Positions 20,533 through 28,531 of a stretch of DNA of 28,531 nucleotides are shown here, one piece after another. Position numbers and translations under genes: made by a program. Where the stretch lies: NCBI GenBank assembly GCA_963575745.1, contig CAUYUJ010000001.1:3534001-3562531 (forward strand), written 5' to 3'. Numbering within the stretch: position 1 is the stretch's first letter; the number at the start of each line of letters is the position of its first letter. Source of the stretch: Prorocentrum cordatum (Eukaryota). Below the pieces are notes generated by a model. That model did not search any database and was not told the DNA's origin. It saw nothing but the letters and a program-made list of their open reading frames with translations.

Positions 20533-22563
20533 TGGGCGACGGCGACGGCAATACCAACCAGAATCTGGACCGCATAACCCAAGTTCAATCATGCGTCAAG
20601 GGGCACTGCGTTCGGCCGTTCATTCTGATGACGACAACCAGGGATACTCGGCATGAGAGATCATTGAACATACGTGCGGTGGCACATATTGGCAAACACC
20701 CTAAGTTGAATGACAGACACATTGCGGCGGAGAGTCACGAAACAACAAAAAGTCGAGGAGCCAAACATCACTTGCTGTACGCTTGGCCCTGCCTGCAACT
20801 GCGCCAACTCTGAGCCTCCGACACAGAGCATTGCCTTGCTCCCTCTCTCGCGCCGGAAGGGTGAATCGCCACAGTGGCCGCCGTGCGCTCGTTCGCGCTG
20901 GCGTTGCCGTGACAACGACGGTGGTAACTCAACGCGCTGCCCGCTTCTCTATGTGCCGTCGAAGAAACGTGCGCGTACATGAACCTAGACGACACGTGCG
21001 CCGGGCCCATGGCTGTACATGGGGGGGGCATGGAACCGTGAAACCCCACCTCGTGCTCCATGTGCTTCGTAATTCTTTGGCGACGAGGTCCTTGCAAGTG
21101 CCGGGTCCCCTGCGCCCTTCGTGGGCGATGGCGTTGGCGACACCACGGTCTCTTCACGGGGTCGACGTCCTCCTCCTCCTCCCTCCCTCCTCCTGAGGTG
21201 CGGAGGCAGAGGACGGCGAGCGGAACAGCGAGGAGCGAGGAGGGAGGATTCGGAGGAGATAGCTGAAGGACGGGCATGACGAGTGACGATTGGTGCTGGT
21301 GATGCTGATGGTGAATCTGAGGAAAGCGGAGAAACGCGAACGGGAATGGCGGTGAATGACGGTGGAGGAAGTCTACACGTCGTTCATTTCTAATCGTGCT
21401 CATTTCTAATTCTGCTCGTTTCTAAAATGGTTCCTGGCCTGCTAGTGGCCAGGGAGAGGCCCAGGAGACAGCAATGAGAATTGAAAGGATCTTGGCCCCC
21501 CGAAAAATCAAAGAACCTCCAAATCATTCGAAAAGAACAGCGTGTAGGGCGCGAGCTGTCGAAGCCGCATCGGCTGTGCAGACGTGGGCGCACGAATGGC
21601 CTTCGGACGGCGGCCTGTCCCCGATTCCCCCCGTCTCCACAGGCCCTGGAGAGAACGCAGGGGCCCCAGTGTGCTCTGGGGCGTGGGGAATGTGAGGAGA
21701 GGGGTGAGGAGGAGGAAGAGCAGGAGGAGGAGAACGAGGAGCAGGAGGAGGAGAAAGCGAAGGAGGAGTAGGAGGAGCAGCCGCAGGATGAGAAGGCGGC
21801 GGAGGATGATCAGGGATGAGGGTGACAAGGAGGCTGCCCGCCTTCCACTTCGGCTCGTTCAGTTCGACGGACACCAGCATGCACACGCTCGTCAAAGACT
21901 CAAATATGGCTCCCAGAGCCTCGTTGTGGGAGGGGGGGGGGCTGGCAATCGCAAGGCAATGGCAGGCCTGGGGGAAGTTCGCGAGGACGAAAAAGGCTCG
22001 GGGGCGTTCCTGAACAGCGCAATCCCGTGGCAGGACGCTGATGGTGGCGACCGTCGAACGACTGAGGAAACCAATGGTGACCGCACGCGTATCCATATTC
22101 ACGCCCTCGCGGTCTGGATTTCGTGGCGCAATCCCGCGGAGGTCGTACGGATACGTTCCGCTCGGGGCTTCCGCGAAAAAAACGCCCCGTATCCCCAGGC
22201 TCGTGGCCAAGATATGTTTTGCCCACGGCCCTCGCTAAGAACGACTGGGGACCAGACCTGGTGGGCGCATACCCTCCAACAGTGCGGCCTGAATGCCGTC
22301 TCGAGAAACGAAACAAGGCAATTCGCTGTTCGACTGAACAGGGGGCTTGTATCAGCCTGCGATCCCCCTGCTGCGCAAGACCCGAGAGTGTTCATTCCAG
22401 ATCCGCCACCGCACTTCGCGCACGCCCGCGGCTAGCGCTCGGCCAATAATGGCGTCGGTACCTCCGGACGCCGCCGAGTGTAGTTTTCCGAAGAGTGTCG
22501 AAAGGGCGGGCCGGGCGTTTCGCCTGAGACTTCCTCACTGCTTATGACCCACAGCTTCGCAGA

Positions 22564-23075
22564 TGGAGGGCGGGTCGTTTCCAACATGTGCCTCTCGCCT
22601 GAGCGCCACGTACATTCGTTTTAAAGAACCAAAAAAGCTTCCTGGATTGAGGGCGTGTGGTTTTCAAAATGTGGTTCTCGCCCTGGCGCCGCGCACACTC
22701 GTCTTTAAGAGTTTGCAGCAGTTTCTCAATTGGAGGGCGGGTCGCTTCCCAGATGTGGTTTTCGCCCTCGCGCCGCGCACACTCGTTTGAAATAGTTGCA
22801 AGAGTTTGGGAGTTTGACGACGGGGGGTTTTCAACATGTGGCTCTCGCCTCTGTGCCGCGCGCACTCGTCCTAAGAATCTGCAGCCGTTTCACACATGGA
22901 GGGCGGGCCGCTTCCAAACTGTGCCTTCGCCTGGGAGTCGCGCGCACTCGTTTTTCACACATGCAAGAGCTTCGCGGATTGCGGACGGTTGGCTTTCAAA
23001 ATGTGGCTCTCGCCATAGCGTGCGCACATTCGTCTTGAACAGTTGCAAGAGGGCTTCACGGATTCCCGTGGTCAA
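22564..23075 (+). repeat. ~83-bp tandem array (about 6 units) with alternating A/B subunits
   Basis: An atgtgg.tctcgcc...gcgcacactcgt motif recurs at ~83-bp spacing; units begin alternately tggagggcggg.cg.ttcc and tg...ggttttcaa. Confidence 0.88.
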
Positions 23076-24142
23076 CGCATCAAAAACTGTGTTGTGGAAA
23101 GGCTCAGGATTGTGAGGATGCAACAGTTACGTTGATTAGCGGTGTTCAAATCCCAGGAACGGTGTTCTGGTGCGATTCAGGGCCGAAGACGCAACAGTCA
23201 AGTTCATCAGTGGCGTGGGGGTCCCGAGAACGGCGTTTTGGCGCGCTCCATGGTCTTCAACCGGTTGTTTCAGTTCCCGCAGTGAAAATGAACCTTGTAC
23301 GTGCCTAGAAAGAGGGAGCTTGGAGGGAGGGTTTATTCCAACATCTTTGATGAGTTTTGGGTTTAGTCTGTTCCTCCTCCTCCTCCTCCTCGTCCTCCTC
23401 CTCCTCCCCTCGCCACCCCGCGGGCCCCAGAGATGGCCCGAAGATGCCCTCTGAGGCCACCCCCATTGAAGGCACCCTTGCTCCCAGAGATCTCTCTGTT
23501 CATCCTTGTTGCCCGCTTGTTTCACGATATGTGTCCCTTCGCCCCTTTTCCCGTCAGCTCTCATGGACAGGGCTTCTGAACGGGGGTGGGGATACTTTTT
23601 TTGCTCGCGAGCGCAAGCGGGAGAGCCGCGCGCCGTCACAAAGTCGAGCAAGCCTGACGGCTGGGGCCAGAGACAGAGGCGACGAGCAAGCAGCACGCTC
23701 AGAAGTCAAGGACAGCCAAGCCCAAAGGGGGTGGGGATACGCGAAGCGTGAAGGATTGTCGAAATCGACTGGGTAATTGACCCGCGCCACGACCATGCCA
23801 GAAGGGGATGTTGCGGTCCCGATTGCACCAGGTTCTCCCAGACATCCCACCTGGCCAGTCGGACCACCCCTGCTGCCCCACCTCTCAGGGAGGCCCGGAT
23901 TCACACCTGGCGAGGCGAGGGGAGGCGACGCGGTAGTATTTGGGGTAGTGGGGCAACGTGAGACGTAAGACACCTCTCTGGATCTCCCCCCTTTCTGTTT
24001 CTGTTTCTGCTTGCAAAGCCTAGGGCCCCTCCGGGGCCAGCTGTCTATCTCTATTCGCTCGTTGCTCAGAGGCGGGCGGCGCTGGTACCGCTTGCGCCTC
24101 CGATTGGAAAGACGAAATCGGCGTGGCGAAACATCCTCCCTT

Positions 24143-24213
24143 ATCGGCTACACGTAAGAGTGACCCTGGGTAAGAATGACCTTTGCTGCGCGGCTTCGCG
24201 GGGCCGCAGGGGG
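24143..24213 (+). repeat. ~70-bp dispersed repeat, copy 1 (copy 2 at 28304-28375)
   Basis: atcgg.tacacg.a.gag.gaccctgggtaaga.tgacct.tg.tgcgcggctt...ggggccgc.ggggg is shared by both copies. Confidence 0.85.
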
Positions 24214-24847
24214 GGCGGGGGGGCGGGGGCCACAACACAACACGAGCCAAGACGCCGCTGCCAGCCTCGCGTTCGGCGATCGCGGACCCCAATGGGCTCC
24301 GCACAAAAGGATCGACTCCGGCGAAGGCCGTCACTCTTAAGTGTAGTCGACCTATCCTCCCTCCCGTCTTCGGGGATTCGGATGCCAGCAGCGTCAGCAT
24401 CAGGAGGAGAGGGAGCGAGGAGGAGGAGTGAGGAGGAGGAGGAGGAGGAGGCCAGCGAGGAGGAGGAGGCAGGAGGAGGTAGGCCGCAATCAGCCAGCAG
24501 ACCCAACAACAAAAAGCCAGCACCTCCAATCGCCGGTCCTGCACCTCCCATCACGGCGACCCAGGGAGAGCCCTGCACCGCACGCCACAGCGGCCGCTCG
24601 GGGATCACCCTTGCCCAGAAATCGCTGGGAGCCGGGGCGTTCTGGGTCAGCAGCCTGCCCAAGGATAGAAGCACAACAAGGTCAATGCCCCCAAACTGTC
24701 CCCGAGAGCCAAGAGGCCCCCGAGAACGCTCGTCGCCGTCGTCGTCATTCAGGGTCGGCGGCAGCGGCCGTGAGGCCTTTGCAAACACAAGCACAGAAAG
24801 GTCAATGCACCAAAGACCTGACCTCGCCGCTTGAGCGCGAGCGCCTC

Positions 24848-24909
24848 GGGTTTAGGGTTTAGGGTTTAGGGTTTAGGGTTTAGGGTTTAGGGTTTAGGGT
24901 TTAGGGTTT
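24848..24909 (+). repeat. Interstitial telomeric tract GGG(TTTAGGG)8TTT
   Basis: Eight perfect TTTAGGG units at 24851-24906; this is the plant/dinoflagellate-type telomere repeat. Confidence 0.95.
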
Positions 24910-25842
24910 CGTCGCCGCCGCGCCGGCCTTTACCCGCAGGTCCCACCACCGCTTGAGCGCGAGCGCCAGGTAGAGGCCCAGTACGAAGGGAACCTGGGCA
25001 GCAGAAGCGCTCGGAAGGCCGGGGGGCCCTTGCAATCCGGGGCGTCTCTCCCTCGACTGTCGGTCTCGGGGGTGGCCCCCCGGGGGGGAAGGGGGGGGGA
25101 GGGCGTTCGGAGGCCCGGGACAACATGACCCGGGACGCGCTGAGGCCCCCAAGGGGGAACCGACCGGTGATGGAGGACATCCGACAGGGCGCAAACATCT
25201 TCCGAGGGTAGCATCTCACAACAAGGCCACCGTGCACGATAGGGAGCCGTCGGCGGCGGCGGCGGGCTCATCAGGGGCACAAGTCAGGGTTCGGCCGATG
25301 CTGAACATTCCGAAGATGGCCCTGGCACCTCGAGTGCGCTCTAAAGCGGTGCATCGCACGTGGGGGGGCTCGCGCGCTCCTCGGCGCACAGAACAAACAG
25401 ATGGCGGAGGGGAGCCCTCGAGCCTGCACGGTCCATCCACTGATCAATCGCGACGAGACCGGGCTCCCAGTCACGGGCTGGCGTGCTGTGACGTAGCGCT
25501 GCCGTTCCGCAGGCGTTTACAGTCGAGGCGTTGACCTAAGGAACCCTAAATAAGGAACGAGGCCCCTATTTTCCATAAGTTGAACTTCGATTTCCCATCG
25601 AAAACCCAAGAAAATCCAAGGCAAGCTGCGAAACAATTAAGGAACACGGAGCCCCTCCCCAACGAAAAGGATTCCTTCTTCAGGGCCCCGACTGTACCAC
25701 GCCCAGGCTGATCAGGAGAGTGGCGCGAGCAGCGCGCCTCCCGCGCCTCCGCGAGGCGGACCGCGAGACCGAAGTAGCGGACGCCGCGCGGCTGCTGGCC
25801 AGACAGACTCTCACGCCCAGAGGCGCGGGCCCCCCCCCCCTA

Positions 25843-26231
25843 GCAAGCGCCCCTGTCGCGCGAGCAGCCTTCCCTCCCTCCCTCCGCCCTCCCATCCTGC
25901 TCCTGCCCCCTTTGGAAACCCTCCCTCCTCCTCCTGCCCTCCTCCTATCCTGCCCCTATCCCTCCCTCCCTCCATCCTCCTATCCGAACCCTCCCCCTGA
26001 GAGCAGCAGGCAGCAAGCGCCCCTGTCGCGCGAGCAGCCTTCCCTCCCTCCCTGCGCCCTCCCATCCTGCCCCCGTCCCGGGCCATCGCTCGGACGTCCA
26101 CTCCCTGTGTTCTTTGTCGGTTTCGTGCGCGTTTTTTTCGCCAAATGGTCCAGGATGCTCCTCGATGGCCCTCGCCGAAAGGAAAAACGCACACGTCCGA
26201 GCGATGCCAGGGCCCCCTTGGAAACCCTCCC
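25843..26231 (+). repeat. Local duplication (25843-25925 vs 26013-26231), the second copy carrying an insertion
   Basis: gcaagcgcccctgtcgcgcgagcagccttccctccctccct.cgccctcccatcctgc...ttggaaaccctccc occurs twice. Confidence 0.9.
26076..26212. mobile_element. MITE-like element, family B, copy 1 (~135 bp)
   Basis: Perfect 14-bp inverted repeats catcgctcggacgt (26084-26097) and acgtccgagcgatg (26193-26206); absent from the paralogous site at ~25905; second copy at 27287-27411. Confidence 0.8.
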
Positions 26232-26844
26232 CACACTTGCTGCTCGCACGATCTACGGTCAGGACTCGCTGCCCGGCGTGTCGCGGCGCCGGCGCAAGCG
26301 GCACGCGATGCCCCTGCAGGTGGACTGCGCGTCGCTCCGTTCCGCGGGGCGGCGACGAGGCTCGGCACGTGGACGCCTGGGGACCGCGAAGCGAAGAGCG
26401 TGTCGCGCCGAGGCGTGGTGGGCCAGAACCGGAGGAGCGACACGCTATCCCAAATGCCCTAACCGTATACAATCTACGGTGTACCCCTACAGACAGCCTT
26501 CCCGAGACTCCCCACTCTCCTGCATCTTTGCCCCAGGTCGAGGTTAGAAGGGGGAGGCGATGAGGGACAGAGGGAGGAGAGTGAGAGCGGTAGGGTGCAG
26601 AGGCATGAGGAGGAAGAGGACCAATCGGATCCTCCCGAGGCGGCCCACCCTCTACCGAGAAGGAACGGAGAGGAAGAGGAGGAAGAGAAGAAGGCCCCGT
26701 TGGATCGCAACCTGGATCTACCCCCCCACTGCAAACCTTCGCCTCCTGCTCGTCACACCCCCAACGTCCTCCTCTTGCCTCCCCCTGTCCCCGTCCACCC
26801 CTTCCCATCCCGCCCCTCTCCCCCGCCCCCCTCCACAACTACTT

Positions 26845-27006
26845 TCAAGGGGCCCAAAGACACACAAACACATACACACAGATAAAAGGATGCCCCTTAT
26901 TTTCCCATGTTTTCTGCGTTTTGTCTTCCCCCCCAGCTCCCATATTTTCCAGTATTCTCTTGGGGGTCGACGGTTATTTGTGTCTGTGTGTTTTTTCCCC
27001 TCCTGA
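26845..27006 (+). mobile_element. MITE-like dispersed element, family A, copy 3 (162 bp)
   Basis: tcaaggggccc...cccctcctga; flanked by tactt / tgctc (a degenerate 5-bp duplication). Confidence 0.7.
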
Positions 27007-27174
27007 TGCTCGTCGTGACCACTGCTCCCCGCGCCCCCGGGGGCGGTCCGCCGTTCACTCGGCCCCTCCGCGCAGCCGCCCCTCGCAGTCTGGAATCCAC
27101 TGGCCTCCCGTGCGTGCCGCTCCGCTCGAAAACGCCTGCGGCCGCCGAAAGGCCCTCTCGCCTCGGCGCGTGTC

Positions 27175-27288
27175 TCCTCCTCCTCCTCCTCCTCCTCCTC
27201 CTCCTCCTCCTCCTCCTCCTCCTCCTCCTCCTCCTCCTCCCCCTCCTCCCCCCCCTCCTCCCCCCCCTCCTCCCTCCTCCCTCCTCCT
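27175..27288 (+). repeat. (CCT)n tract
   Basis: Pure C/T run abutting the family B copy 2. Confidence 0.95.
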
Positions 27289-27411
27289 CGGACGTCCATT
27301 CACCGTGCTTTTTTCGGTTTCGTGCGTGTTTTTTTTCGCCAAATGGTCCAGGATGCTCCTCCATGGCCCTCGCCGAAGAACAAAAATGCACACGTCCGAG
27401 CGATGCCAGGG
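27287..27411. mobile_element. MITE-like element, family B, copy 2 (left TIR truncated at the CCT tract)
   Basis: ctcggacgtcca...ttttttcgccaaatggtccaggatgctcctc.atggccctcgccgaa...gcacacgtccgagcgatgccaggg is highly similar to 26089-26212. Confidence 0.8.
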
Positions 27412-27624
27412 TCGGGCGTTGGCAAAACTGGGTTTTGTGGGACCTGGTTTGGTGATGTGTACTGGGGGCGCCCCCCGCCCCGTTCCACTGACCGGAGCTG
27501 CCGTCACCCGAAAAACATCGGCTACGGCAGACCCGGTTTAGGCATCCTGGCCAATTTAGGGGCTCCGGGGCCCTACTACTAACCGAGTCCCCGTACCTGG
27601 GGTCCTGGCTATACCCGAGCGTGG

Positions 27625-27773
27625 GGGAGGAGCGAGGAGGAGGAGGAGGAGGAGGAGGAGGAGGAGGATGAGGAGGAGGAGGATTTTTAGGAGGAGGAGG
27701 AGGAGGAGGAGGAGGAGGAGGAGGAGGAGGAGGAGGAGGAGGAGGAGTGAGGAGGACGAGGAGGAGGAGTGAG
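27625..27773 (+). repeat. (GAG)n tract
   Basis: Near-pure gag run. Confidence 0.95.
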
Positions 27774-28303
27774 GATACACAGCTGCCCGCTTTTACATCT
27801 ACTCATTCTGAGCACTCCGGCCCACCCCGAAGAGGGCCTGCAGTGTGTGCGCGCGTGCCAGAGATCGCCTGCGCGGCGACAGCCGACACGCCGCCGCCCG
27901 CTGCGCTTGGATGAGGCCGCTCCTCGGCCCCTAACTTTTCGCGTCGCTCCCTCCCCCTTTTCCCTTCCCTCATTCCCTCGCATTTCCCCTCCACCCTCAT
28001 CCCCTTGTTTTGACCCCCTCCCCTACCCCCCCATACTTGAGCAGGGACCGACCGTCCCGGCATTCCTATAACCCTACCACGACATGTTCTTAGAACCCCA
28101 AAATGCTCGAATAACGAAAACGACGTTCTTAGAACATAAACCCGATGTGTTAAAACAATACAGTCCCAGCCGGAACTGTTCTAGGAACATTTCGTGGAAA
28201 CCACAAAAGGTTCTTAGAACATTGTCTGGTAGGCTCATGTATAGGCACGCCAGGACGCTTCGCCAATGCTTGACATGCATTCCCATCCCCTCCTTCTCCT
28301 GCC

Positions 28304-28375
28304 ATCGGTTACACGCAGGAGCGACCCTGGGTAAGAGTGACCTATGGTGCGCGGCTTTTTTGGGGCCGCGGGGGG
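28304..28375 (+). repeat. ~70-bp dispersed repeat, copy 2
   Basis: Homologous to 24143-24213. Confidence 0.85.
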
Positions 28376-28479
28376 ACCAATACTGGGCGCGCAAGCCGCT
28401 GTTTTTGCTTCGTTTTCAGCCATGTGGGGATAGAGGCCTCCTAGATGGGGTCCGAGCAGATGGGGTCGGAGGATCGCAC

Positions 28480-28531
28480 CGCATCGCCAATGCATCGCCA
28501 ATGCATCGGCGATGCATCGGCGATGCATCGC
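28480..28531 (+). repeat. 11-bp tandem repeat (GCATCGCCAAT/GCATCGGCGAT) running off the window end
   Basis: gcatcgccaat gcatcgccaat gcatcggcgat gcatcggcgat gcatcgc. Confidence 0.85.

Overview
GC-rich, repeat-saturated eukaryotic DNA. It is most consistent with a dinoflagellate-type nuclear genome (inferred from a chlorophyll a/c LHC fragment, TTTAGGG repeats and AG|G / AG|GC splice-like contexts). No intact protein-coding gene, rRNA, tRNA or CRISPR array can be supported, and almost all long ORFs in the track are translations of microsatellites or satellites. The only recognisable protein homology is a degenerate light-harvesting complex fragment on the minus strand (8884-9105). The rest is a mosaic of microsatellites (GAG/CCT, CAA, CA), minisatellites (66, ~83, 96 and ~138 bp units) and several short inverted-repeat elements. 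These include a 162-bp MITE-like family with three copies and ~5-bp target duplications, a ~135-bp MITE-like family with both an empty and a filled site visible in the window, and a 165-bp fold-back palindrome whose mismatches are mostly G-U compatible. There is also an interstitial (TTTAGGG)8 tract and a family of A/B higher-order arrays sharing a CTCGAGCGRGAGC core, a common 3' terminal module and a (CAA)n tail. I found no clear novel protein-based system; the best candidates for undescribed biology are non-autonomous mobile or structured elements.
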